In this document: in pieces, positions 1 through 12,800 of the stretch
Layout of the letters: every line of letters begins with the position of its first letter
Numbering within the stretch: the stretch's first letter is position 1
Assembly (NCBI GenBank): GCA_032718475.1
Contig: JAUCBJ010005530.1
Location: 1 to 56,675 of the forward strand
From: Nemertoderma westbladi
Lineage: Eukaryota > Animalia > Xenacoelomorpha
Reading direction: 5' to 3'
Length of the DNA: 56,675 nucleotides
Made by a program: the position numbers and the translations under genes
The notes under the pieces: model-generated
Databases searched by the model: none
Seen by the model: only the letters and a program-made list of their open reading frames with translations
Told to the model about the DNA's origin: nothing

Positions 1-455
1 CGTTATTGTGGATCTGGATTTTCCGGGATCACGGTAAGAGACCCAGTTACAAGACAGTGTGGCTATGTAGGGTACGGTATATTGCCTAATGATATCCTCT
101 GTTAGGTGGGAGCGTCTCAACAACCGGATCAGTTTGGCTGAGCCACACACACACATCGGAACGGACTTGTGTGCAGTGAGAATTTTGAGAAAAATTGGGT
201 GATATCCGCCCACCAACACCCCCCCCCCCCCCCCCCCCCCAAAAAAAAACTACTGCTATTAGAAATTGCTGAGAAATGTCTTCCTGTGCATGGAACTCAG
301 TGCTGCAACTTGCTTTTGGAGGACCTGCTGAAGGACACGGATCTCAGGATTGTCACCGGTTGTCGAACCAGCGCTATACGCCTTGACCTGCTATCAGTAT
401 CGCGATGTGCATTAAGACAACCGGTTTAATAGAAGTGGACGAAATAAGAGTGTCA

Positions 456-545
456 GGGGAATGTGGTTGAACTGGTTAGCGCTACTGATGAGGGGACGAA
501 ACGCGATATAGCGCTGTCGGAGATTCAACTCCAGATCAACTTCCT
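456..545 (+). mobile_element. tRNA-derived SINE-like head
   Basis: A-box-like TGGTTGAACTGG and B-box-like GATTCAACTCC, followed by a T-run. Confidence 0.4.
478..515 (+). ncRNA. Minimal type I hammerhead ribozyme-like motif
   Basis: AGCGCTA-CTGATGA-GGGGAC-GAAA-CGCG(A)-TA-TAGCGCT: perfect 7-bp stem I, core boxes, palindromic loop III. Confidence 0.55.
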
Positions 546-999
546 AATTTTTTTCCATTTCTAAACAAAATCATCATATTAATATATTGTTATTTATGTG
601 GCCATCCCCATGAATTCCCCAAGGGATCTATGCCTAGACACACACTGTCTAGAGAATTATGTTTGAACTCTAAATACATTTTATGGGACTTGGCTACCAT
701 AAAGGTGCACTTATATGTCTCCGGAAAGTAACTGAATGCTGGGCTACAGTTAAATGAACCAAACGACAGTGATTCACTCTAATAAATTGTTAGATTCAAC
801 TTATATAATTAGATATAATTATATATAACTAGATATAATTAAACTTATATTTATTAAAACAATAAAAAACAATAATATTAAACATGTGTATGGATGGAGC
901 GAAAATTAAATGGGGAATCACATATTAATTAAATTCTCACTAAAATTTGCAAAACGTCAAGAATTTTGTTAATTAATATTAAATAAATTTTATAAATTA

Positions 1000-1490
1000 A
1001 GGCACACATTTCCCCTTGAAATTCTTCGCAAACTCTACTTATGTCTCGTACATCCATATATTAGCATGATGTTCCACACATACAACAACAATACGCCCAC
1101 TTAGAAACAAAATTAATAAAAGAATTCGCTGCGTTACTTTTAGCCACTACCAAGCATCCTCTATCCCTATTACAACAGATCATTAAATATTCTCCCCGTT
1201 GAATCTCTCTTTAAATTTCAATTGGGACAACTACTTTTTGATGCGTTATCAAATACAAATCACCCTTTATCATATCTATTTTCTCTGAATCATCTAAATT
1301 TCATCGTTATAATATCCGATCGTCCGCGCTAAACTATAGTTCCTCTAATACATTTACATGTCGCTCACCAATCTATCTCCGTCTTAGGTCCTTTACTCTG
1401 GAACAGTCTACCAAACAATATTATAAATAGAAAATCCGCAACAATTTTTAAAGAAACACTAAAAACACACCTCAAAGACAACATGATTTA
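1000..1490 (+). mobile_element. Degenerate L2/Crack-type LINE ORF2 3' fragment
   Basis: Translates to RHTFPLEILRKLYLCLVHPY and SISVLGPLLWNSLPNNI...FKETLKTHL, with frameshifts. Confidence 0.7.
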
Positions 1491-1815
1491 AATTGGCCCT
1501 AGTGATAATATATCTCGTGTATGTGACCTAATGAGTAAATGAATAATGATTTATGGTATGAATCTTACGATAAACTATTATAAGTCAGGTGTTTTGGCGA
1601 CCGCATGGTAGGATACCATTTACAATTGACTTTGACTAACGTAAGTTATTAATAAAAATACAATACAAATATATATAATATAAATTCTGACAACCCTTGA
1701 GCACATATTATCATTTACATATCAACATATATATAGTACATATCAACCCCCCCGCCCAGCTGGAAGCCATGAGTAGCTCTGCTATTGCCACTAACCATAT
1801 AACCGGTCCGCACCT

Positions 1816-4800
1816 ATTCTTTATTATTTATTTATTTCGTTTATTTTCGTACACCAGCAAGCTGGGAACAGCATAAAGTAATGAGAATCTATAGAGAGCA
1901 CAATAATTGTACCGGTAAGTAAGTAACAGTAACAGTATAATACTTAAAGTAGAATTAAGTACAGTAGAAAATATACAAACAACCATACTTAAATAGAATA
2001 AGAATACAGCAGTATAATATAAACACACCATCGAAACTATACTAATATGAAGCAACATAAGTTAACGTATCACGTAATTCTTCTTCAGAGAAACCGTCAA
2101 CAAAGTCTGGACCAGTTATGCACTTAATTATATCGCGACAGCAATTTACGCGCCATAACTGAAAATTATCAATATAAATATACTTCAACTTATTTATATC
2201 ATTAGCACATAATTTATGTAAGTAAGGTTCATCAAGTTCATTACATAATCTTCTAAGATTGAGACCACACTTACTTCTACAGTCAAACAATGTAAGATAT
2301 GATAGAAATCTAACGGGCAATTTACAAGATGTAATAATCGTTCTAGAAAAATTCAAAAAGCGCCTGCAGAGCATTACCCGTGGGTGTGAAAAATGTATTA
2401 AACGTTCAACTATTAACCTATGTGCAGTAAAGGGAAGACCCCAAATCATACGTATATTATTATTCCATGCAGTAAATATCCTGGCGCATTCATGTGAAAA
2501 CAAGTCCCATACTGGGCTGCCATAAAAACTAGTAGCATAAATTCTCTGTATATTAGTCAAACAATATGAGCCTGCAAAATAGAATTCTTGTCTCAAATTT
2601 GCTAGTTTGCCTAAAAATGCACCACGTTTCATGAGTGTATCCGCAGCCAAATTGCACCTATAGTCAAGGACAATTCCCAAATGGGTTGCCTGTCGTACCC
2701 ATGGTAACGAAATTCCAGAAACAATAATATTTACCTGAGGAGGGCACCAATTAAAATTAAAGGGTATACATTTCGATTTACACTTTGATTGATTTACATT
2801 AACACTCAGGCGCAGCTTAAATTCTGCACAAAACTTTTCACAAATGTCTATCATAAACTGTAAACCCGATACCGACGGACACAACAACAAAACGTCGTCG
2901 GCATAAGCCAAACAACCAAAGTAATGACTAGCAATAAAACAACCTACATTCGAATCTTTTAATCGATTAATAAGAATGTTCAATATAACGCAAAACAGAA
3001 TCGGAGATATACACGACCCCTGTCTTACCCCATTGCCAATTGTAAATGCATCGGACTTAAGCATATTCCATCGCACAAAACAAGTCTGATTACAGTAAAT
3101 ATATAACAGGCACCTTAAATATAAACTATTAATACCCTTTTTAATAAGTTCCAAGAATAATTTCTTCCATTCCATGAATAAACTGGCATTGACTGTCTTA
3201 AATAATTATTTATAACCTCAGTCGCTGTCCAAGAGCATACTACAGTGCTGGACAGCGGCTCATACCCAAATTGCAAGTCATGCAAATCTAACTTACTACC
3301 CTGTGTAGTTAATATAACTAACTCGAATATCTTTAAAACCAATGACGCTACAGCAATTGCACGATAATTACTGGAAGACGCAATATTTCCAAACTTATTC
3401 TTTATAATTGGAATTAACGCAATAGACAATAAACATTTAGGTATCACACCATGAGTTAAAAATATATTAAATAACTTTGCTATATGTTCGAAGAACACAT
3501 CGCCACCATTAATTAATGAATCCGAATCGAAACTATAAAATACGTCACTTTTCGAACTTTTTAGCCTTTGCATTGCATCCTTAACATCGTCAACTGTTAC
3601 TGCCGTACTAGTTAGTTATCAAATCATTATCACGAATAATATTATTTAGATCATTAAGCGCTGAGCCTCGGTTTCACCGTCTCTAGCACTACTTTGTACA
3701 TTACTGCACCCACGTAAATTACGAATCTCGTCAAAAATTCTAGAATTACCAGAGATAGCAGCCTTTAAAAGTTTCTCCCTTTTTATTTTATCCGTCATTT
3801 TCTTCAACCTGTGCACTGCATATTTATATTGAGCACGTGAGCGTTGGCGTAGATGAAAAAAATTGCCCTGTGAGGCATTTGGCCTCCCCGCCGAGACCCA
3901 GAGTCCATGATAAAAAGTTGCATCTGTTTTATATTGTTTTACATGAGTATTCCACCCAGGCATAATTTCACCCTGTGTAGCATCGCTATTGACCGATCCT
4001 CCGCTCTGAGGTAAACACTCGGCCGCTATCTCGATAGAATCAAGCACATTTAACATATATTGCTCAATTAACATTATATGCTCAATAGATGAACAAAAAG
4101 CATTACTACAACCAACGACACACGATGGCACTGTTAAACCATTTAACCTGTCATCAAGTCTACGCTGAAACTCATGTTTCTGGTCATCTGATGCTTTACT
4201 ATAGTTAGACCTGTTAGGTCTAACTTCATCTTGTACTGTGTAGTCTAAATCATCTACTTCAACTTTAAAATATATTGGGCTATGGGTGGACAAATTATTA
4301 CCTAGATGCAAAACATCTGCATTGAAATTGCAATTAAATAGTGATTCACTGACAACAAAATGATCAATAGTCGACTTAAAGGCTACATCATTTACAGTAT
4401 GTACATATGTATAATCAATGGGGATCGTGTCCCAAATAACATGTAACGAATGACTATCTATAAATTCACGCACTTTACGAACATGCATAGTTGAACGAAT
4501 AAAATCGGCATTGAAATCGCCACACCATGAAATATTTGAGCAATTTGTTTGCAAAATTACTGTAGCAACATCATTGAGAATGGACAATAAATAATCATTG
4601 ACAGTGGACATCTAACGATCATCCACCGGAAAATAGCTATTAAAAATAACCATTTTCTTTCCTGGTAAATTTAACTCCAGTGCCTGTAAGCGGTTATTAT
4701 TTCTATCCAATTTCACAATATTAATGTATTTCTCAATTGATTTATGCCATAAAATACATAATCCACCAGAAGGTCTACCCCGATGAACAACACAGAACTG

Positions 4801-6330
4801 CAATTAGGTAAATGATAATTGAATCTATGAGCACTATGTTCTAAGAAAAAATGTTCTTGCAAACACACAATATTTGAACTAAATATGAGATCACTTAGTA
4901 CATCAATTTTATCTGCACTAAACCCGGTCGAATTATATGAAGTTATAGTAAGTTTAGAACCTACAGCAGTAAGTCCTGCCATTGGTAAGTTGTTGAGTTA
5001 TGGAACATTACTGACTTATCAGTCGTAAGTCTCGTTAAGAATGTGACGAAGCTTCCCTCCGCGACTGTGAGAAGTCCTCGACGTGGCTGGAATTGTCTAT
5101 GGCTAGCTGTGAACCATTCTCGGACATATACACGGGCTGGCCATGTCTCCGGCTGGAGACACGCTTCAAGCTGAGTGGTCGCCACTGTTACTTTGAAACT
5201 AGCCATTTCGGCGTCTTTGTGCGATTTCTTCTCCACCTTCCTCGCCTTCACATTTACTGCAGCCAAACATGACTCGATATCGGCTATTGTCGTGTCTGCA
5301 TCACATCGATTTACGAATAACTGACTCGGGGCTGCGCGTAAAGTCACATTTGAGTTCGATTGGTCCGGTCCTCGGGTTCCTACCACCATATTTGCTCTCT
5401 GTTTACCATCATTACGTTTATATCGCATATTGGTAACTAATTGGTAGCCTTCTTCATCCATCCCAGGCGGAGTTGATTGCCGATATCGCTTCACACTGCC
5501 TCTAGCACTATTTGGAGTACCTGTTGGAGTAGCTCCCCATTCTTCTCGCTGTGATCCGCGCGGATTATTTACTCTACTTGTTCCAGTGGAGCTAGCTACA
5601 GTGGTTAGTACCGATGAATACGGCGGACATACGGCGGGCCTGGCCATTCCACTTCTCAAAGTCTGCGGAGGGTAACTTAACATACTAGAAGATTGACCTA
5701 CTCTCTCAGTCTGTACCGGTAGGTTGTGGCCAGGTGTAGGTTGTACCGGTACTGGTTGACCTACATTCTTCTGTATTTGCTTCAGCAGCCTACCTTCCAA
5801 TCCCTTTATTTCATCTTTTACTAAATTCTCCAATTTCTCAATACTATCGTTTACTAATGACATGCCGGTTCGATTGTCAGTGATTGCGATATCAACATCC
5901 ATGTCTGCTTCTTTGATAACTGGTAGAGACAGTGCGTCGAGTGCAGCTATAGCGATAGTGGGTAATAGTCCGCCACGATCTAGTTCTCTCAGTTTGTCCA
6001 GAATGTCCTTTACATTTGCAGTACTAGCTAACCGTTCATGAGTATCTCTCCTATTGACTACCTATAAGTCGAACTTTTCGAACAGTTGTACCTTGGCCGC
6101 GAAAATTTCCTCTGGTGTAAATCTCGTTAGAACGATACGAACTACCCGATCCATTGTGCTCGAAGACATACCTTGCATAATCAGAGTTAGAGATGCATTT
6201 ACAATTACTATATTCCCCTTACTACTACTATTTCCAGTCTGATTGGCAGTACCAGCGCCGGTACCGGTAGTACCGGTATCAGCTACACTTCCTTCAGCCA
6301 TGTCAGTGTGTTTTCAGCAGTTGATAGACG
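1816..6330 (-). mobile_element. Near full-length non-LTR retrotransposon (ORF1 plus APE-RT ORF2; clade unresolved, CR1/L2/RTEX-like), inactivated
   Basis: ORF1 6301-4961 has one in-frame TAG at 6062-6064 (LFVNR...SFKV...WP..V.VR). ORF2 4982-2042 is in pieces: CLQEH, GDFN, TIDH, GVRQG, YADD. (TAAA)n tail near 1816-1838. Confidence 0.9.
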
Positions 6331-6671
6331 GAAAAAGGAGGCGTTTAAGAAATTTGGATTTAGTGTTATATCCATTAAATAATACTTCTATATACAAAGT
6401 ACGGTAAATCAATGTGTAATTATTTATGAAGAAATATATAATGTAATTGCATTGAATATAATTGAATATTTGAATAATTAAATATAATGAAATAAAAATG
6501 TAATGCATTCATTAAATTAATCAGTAAAAATTATCATTATCAACTCATATATTCAGCAATTTTTCGATAAGATTATTAAACAAAAAATGCTGCGAATAAT
6601 TCGATACTGTATATTTGTACCTGAACCGCGTTTTCTTTATTAATTATTTTATTAAATATTTTTTTTATCAG

Positions 6672-6852
6672 GTGTAACTGCTCGCGCATGCATTACGGTG
6701 ACAGATGCGAGCTGAAGATGTCACCCTGCGATAGCAAACCATGTCAGAACGGTGGATCGTGTAGGAACGCTTTAAACGAATCCTTCGAGTGCCAATGTCT
6801 TAACGCGTTCAGTGGATCCGAGTGCGAGATATATTCTGTATGTAAAGACAAG
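6672..6852 (+). CDS. aGPCR exon: EGF-like repeats ([13 protein letters not shown]...[13 protein letters not shown]...[13 protein letters not shown])
   Basis: ttttatcag acceptor, AAG/gtttgt donor, EGF cysteine spacing. Confidence 0.9.
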
Positions 6853-9800
6853 GTTTGTTACAAATTGAGTCACATTTCTAATTACTACTAATTAATTTCT
6901 TACTTTGTTCCAGAAAGCAATGACCAACAACAAACACTTGTTTTCAGTAATTGAATCGTCCATGGGTTGGCACCCCAATGATATACGAGCGTACTTATAT
7001 AATTCACAGGATGACTCTACTACTACTACTCGGCATGCTGCATTGCAGCTGCATTTTTAAGAATGCTGTGTCAGCCTGTCGACAAAATTGCGCCGCCACA
7101 ACTCCCTATCACCCATGACATTTGCTAGATCATCTGCATCTTCAAGGCCAGTGTCCTTTAAGATGCGTCTCAAGAAAGTCATGGGCTGTCCACCATGCTT
7201 ATTCACTCCAGAAGCCGCCAAAGCACAAGATTATGCACTGACTGGTCCTCACGGCGAAATCAATGTCCTGCAAAGCGGAAGCGCCTTTGTTCTCGTGTCA
7301 AGCTTGGGGTAACCAATGAGACACCTCCAATGTTATGTAGTGTCTGGTTGGAGATGTGTGCATTGTACTTGACACACTGAACCCGGCGTAGCATTCTTGT
7401 GAATGTGCCATTCAAAGATTTGGTGTCCTCAGCAGTTAGAGCCCAGCATGGACTCCCATAGAGGAGTACTGGAACTACTGCTGCTCTAAATAATCGGACC
7501 TTAAGTTTCCGATTAATTCTATGTGACTTCCAAATCCTGGAAAGCGTATTCAAGGTTGCCCATGCCTTTCCCTTACGTATTCGAAGATCCTCACCTGACT
7601 TCCGGATCCATGATCCGAGGTAAAAGAATTCGTCCACGTGCTCAAGCATTCCATCCGTTGAGCTCGTGCTCATCCGGTCAGTGACTTGCTGAGGACTTTC
7701 AAAGTTAACTGTCAAAATTGTAGTATTTTTTGAGTTAATAAAAATACCAACACTTGAAACAGCCTGTTCTAATGAGCTGAGGAGCCGTTGGGCTCCCTCT
7801 AGTGATTCTGAGAATATTCCGAAGTCATCAGCAAAGTCTAGATCTGTTAGGTACTTGACAGGATTTCCTCAACTTCTGGAGCCAGTAGGTGGAGTTACCA
7901 TCACCCCATCATCATTAAAATGATCTAAGGACATGCGTAGAACATAGTCAACCACAATTATGAACAAGAATGGCGCAAGTGTGTCTCCCTGGAGGACTCC
8001 CCATAACATTTCAAATCGTTTAGTGTCACCGTCAACAGTAGACACAAATTTTGTCAAACCATTGTATACTTATCTGATTGCTGCAATAATTTCATCAGGA
8101 ATCTAATATAATGAAAGTATGCTGAACATATGTGAGCGTGAGACTGAATCAAAGGCATTGAAGAAGTCAACAAAGATAACAGCCAGATGCCTGTCTTTCT
8201 TTTTTTGATAACTCTTCAATTATCCTTCTAAGTGCCAAAATGGGCTCCATGGTCCAAAGCTTTTCAAAGTAGGCCTTCAAATTGAGGCGATCGGCTGGTG
8301 ATTCAGCCTTAACCTTGGTGGTTGGTTGGCTTTTCCGCTCAGTATGCAAGTTGATCGATTTCCATGCCTGGGATGATTGCCTGCTGTCATCGGCATCTTT
8401 GCTGGCATCAACCTCTTGGTTTATAAGCTCCTGTAGATTAACAGAGTACTGCCTGTTATGGGACGTAGATGCAGCCTTAACTGCATTCTTGGCCGCTGTA
8501 TTCTGTTTGAGTTGGGACTCTTTCTGCGCCTAGCATTCTTGCAGGATTATTCAATGTACCCAAATGGCCGATATATACCATATAGTCGTATATTCCTATA
8601 TCCTAAAGCTACGGGAAATCTCGAAATTTTAGAATTCATCTATTTACAGCGAAACACGAAAAGTAAATCCTACTTCCAGAATATAAAAATATCGTTATAA
8701 ATTTGAAGTTTTCTGGTTACCATTGCAATCGGGGTAAACAGAGATAGGTATGCCCATCTAGTAGTATTGTAATTTTTAAGATTTAAACACGTGTTCGGAT
8801 GACACGAATAATATTTCACTCATATTCTTTAAGTTGACGGTTTCTATTATATTTATTTACAGCCTTGTCTTAATGAAGGTCTCTGTAAAGACAACGGCGA
8901 CTGTCAATGCACATTAGGTTACCATGGTAGCCAGTGTCAACACTATGACGCCTGTGTGGCCAACAATCCTTGCAAAAACGACGGGGTCTGCCAGTCGTTG
9001 AACGGTCGAGGATTTAGGTGCGAATGTGAAGCGGGATATTTTGGTGAGTTTCTGAGACACAATGTTTGGGACTCCAAAGGTTGCTGGTCCGCCAGATTCA
9101 TAATATTATTAATCTGATATATCGCATTTACATTTCATTTAATTTCCTATTGTTTTCCACCAAGTTGCAATATTGTTTAAATATAAATAATTATATATAA
9201 CACATTTTTATAAAATACATATGTACAGTGCAATGCGGTTGTGGTAAATTGATTAGTCAGTCTGTCTGTTGATAGTGTCATACAGTATCTCTATCAGACA
9301 ATATTATCATAATTATTGATTGAGTTGAGAATAAGATTGATTATTATTATACCGGTACATCATCAAACTTCAGCAACTTGCTTGGGCAGCAACCAAACAT
9401 CGAGGTCAGCCCTACAAGGAAAATATATGACAAGACACTACCTATAGAGACAGGGGACTTCACACCTGCCGAACTCCAAAGAAGCATTAAAAGCATGTCC
9501 AATAATAAAGCGAGTGGATTAGATGAAATTCCAGCGGATGTATGGAAAACAGGAGTGCTAAACAGACCATTATTGAATGTTTGCAACCGGATGTTAAAAG
9601 GGGAAAAGACTCCACCAATTTGGACTAAAGGTCAACTAAAGCCTCTCCCCAAGAAAGGAGACCTTGGTATACCAACAAACTATCGTGGATCTGTCTGCTT
9701 GTGGTAGCTGCCAAAATATACAATAAAATGATTCTATATAAGATTAGGCCTCACATAGAGAAACTACTGCATAAGAGCCAAAACGGATTTCGACCAAATA

Positions 9801-12800
9801 GATCAACAATAGCTGACATACTTGCACTACAGAGACTGATTGAATGAATTAAGTCAAAGAATCTCTCCGCAGTCATGACTTTTGTGGACTTCAAGAAGGC
9901 ATTCGACTCGATCCATAGAGGTAAAATGCTTGAAATCCTAAGAGCTTATGGAATACCAGAAGTAATTGTTGCTGCCATTGGATTGTTATATTGTGATACA
10001 GAAGCGCAGGTACTCTCACCAGATGATGAAACTGAGTTTTTCTTAATCCTGGCTGGTGCACTACAAGCACAAGGTGACACATTAGCACCATTACTATTTG
10101 TAATTGTGCTGGATTACGCAATGAGGACGGCCACAACGGGTGGAAGATCTGGGATTCACACTTCAAGAACGCAGAAGTAGTAGATATCCGGCAACTACAG
10201 TCACAGACACCGACTTTGCGGATGACGCTAGCAGATGCACAGCTTCTACTAAATAAAGTGGAGAGGGCTGCAAAGGAGGTTGGATTGCATATAAATGCTA
10301 CCAAGACCGAATTCATGACCTTTAATGTTGATGGAAACTTGACAACCATTGATAATAATCAACTAAGGAAGTCTTTCGACGACTTCCAGTACCTTCGATC
10401 ATGGATAGAGAGTAGCAAAAAGGTAAAGGACATAGAAGTTAGGAAAGCAAAGGCTTGCGTAGCTTGGCTATCAAAAATGGATACCATCTGGAAATCAGAT
10501 CTCCCCAGGGTACTACTATGATCGGCATGCTGCATTGCAGCTGCATTTTTAAGAATGCTGTGCCGGGTGGGGGTGAGACCTGGACACTGACTAAATCATT
10601 TGAACAACGAATTGATGGTTGCTACACAAGACTACTAAGGGCAGCCCTAAACATCAGTTGGAGACAACACATGACAAATGCCGAGCTTTATGGTACAATA
10701 CCACCTGTATCAACCACCCTCCTTGAACGCAGATTAAGATTCAGTGGGCACTGCTGGCGAAGTAAAGACGAGGTCATACCAGATCTACTTTTCTGGCAAC
10801 CAACTCATGGAAAGTGTAGTCGTGGACGACCGGCCATAACATATATAGATCAACTTGAAAGGAATACTGAACTTGGGAGAAACGAAATTGCTGATCCATT
10901 CGAAGTCCTTCAGGGTGACGAACTTGCACCATTCTTATTCGTAATCGTTGTTGATTATGTTCTACGCATGTCCTTAGACCATCTTAATAAAGAGGGGGTG
11001 AAGGTAACACACCCTACTGGCACAAGAAGTAGAGGAAATCCAGCAAAGTATCTTACTGATCTAGACTTTGCTAATGACATAGGGGCACTGTCAGAATCAC
11101 TAGAGGGAGCGCAAAGGCTCTTCTGCTCATTGGAGCAGGTTGCTTCTAGTGTTGGTCTTTTTGTAAATTCCAAGAAGACCAAAATCATGACAGTCAACCT
11201 AGACAGCCCTCAAGAAATGTCTGTACGTAAGGGCATAAGCTCTAAGGACGGCTTGCTTGAGCACGTGGATGACTTCTGCTACTTGGGATCATGGATCAGA
11301 AAGCCAGGTGAAGACCTCCGGATACGTAAGGGGAAGGCATGGGCAGCGTTAAATAGTCTGTCCAGGATTTGGAAGTCTCATAGAATACAACGGAACCTTA
11401 AGGTTCGATTATTTATGGCAGCAGTAGTACCAGTACGCTTATATGGGAGTCCATGCTGGGCTTTAACTGCAGAAGATACCAAATCTCTGGATGGCACTTT
11501 CACAAGAATGCTACGCTGGGTTCATTGTATTGTAGGTACGCTGAGAGTCGTCTCTTTAGCGTCCCACTTTATAACATTATAATATTATAGCAAAATATAA
11601 GAATAGGTTTTATATTAGTGAGTTATATTGTCAATATTATGTTCAGACAATCAGAAGCCTGACAGCCTAAAGCAGTAGGCCTAAGTGCTATAGTATTGCA
11701 CTGTATACTGAAAGTATATTCTCTAGTTGGGGCGAGCCATTCCGTGGGCGAGCCAACTAGTGAGTTATATTGAGCCAAGGGTCTATCAGTATCTTTTGTG
11801 TGCCCTTGTCCATGGTAGTCCGCTACACTACCCCCCCTAGTGATAGATCCAAGGTGATTGATTTCCCGAGTAGTACGCCGGCGGTTGTGAAATGCGACCA
11901 GAGCGAGTTTTAGCGCAGGGCCGCGGTTGTGCGTTGTGTGGACACGGTGGGGTCTGGTTAGCGGCAGGTTTAGGTGTGGTTGGTTTGGGTACAGTTACAG
12001 CTGGAGCGGGATTGGGCGGATCGTCGAGGAATGCTGGTTTCAGTCGGTCTACTGAGACGTTGGTGTTGCGGCCGTTTACAGACAGGGAGAAATATTTGTC
12101 GGCCCGTTCTAGAACCTTAAAAGGTCCGTCGTACTGACACTGCAGGGGGCTCTTGTGGGCGTCGTGTTGGACAAAAACGAATTCCGTCTGCAGCAGGTCG
12201 GCGGGGATGTGTGTCCGATGGTGTCCGTGGCGGGTGGTCGGGGTAGCACGGAGGCGGCTCATGGTCTGCCGGAGGCCGGTGATAAACTCGCTGGGATGGG
12301 CGTGACAATCGTTCGTTGGGTCAGGGAGGAAAAATTCACTGGGAAAGCGGATCGTAGTCCCGTAGAGGAGTTCGGCCGGTGTGCAGCCGAGGTCTTCCTT
12401 CGGGGTGTTTCGGATTCCTAAGAGGACGAGGGGAAGTTCGTCCACCCAGTTCGCGCCAGTCAGCCGAGCTTTAAGGGACGCCTTAAGCTGTCTGTGGAAA
12501 CGTTCCACAATTCCGTTAGACTGGGGGTGATAGGCGGTGGTGTTGTGTGATTGTGAGCCAAGCAACACGTTGAGGGAAGCCCACAGTTCGGATGTGAACT
12601 GGGCGCCGCGGTCGGATGTTATGTCGGCTGGAACTCCGTAGTGGGCCATCCAATGAGCGAGAAGTGCGCGGGCGCAGGATACGGCGGTGGGGTCGGCCAT
12701 GGGGACAGCCTCGGGCCACCGGGTGAACCTGTCTATGATGGTGAAAAGATAAGTTGCGCCTTGGGAGGGGGGGAGGGGACCCACGATGTCGACGTGGATC

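Noticed and set aside
169-429. Poly-Pro/Lys ORF (possible profilin ligand)
   Set aside because: Artefact of C and A homopolymer runs; no splice or homology support
10455-11582. 375-aa ORF as a novel RT fusion gene
   Set aside because: Chance in-frame join of two RTE fragments plus LTR sequence; catalytic DD is mutated (FAND)
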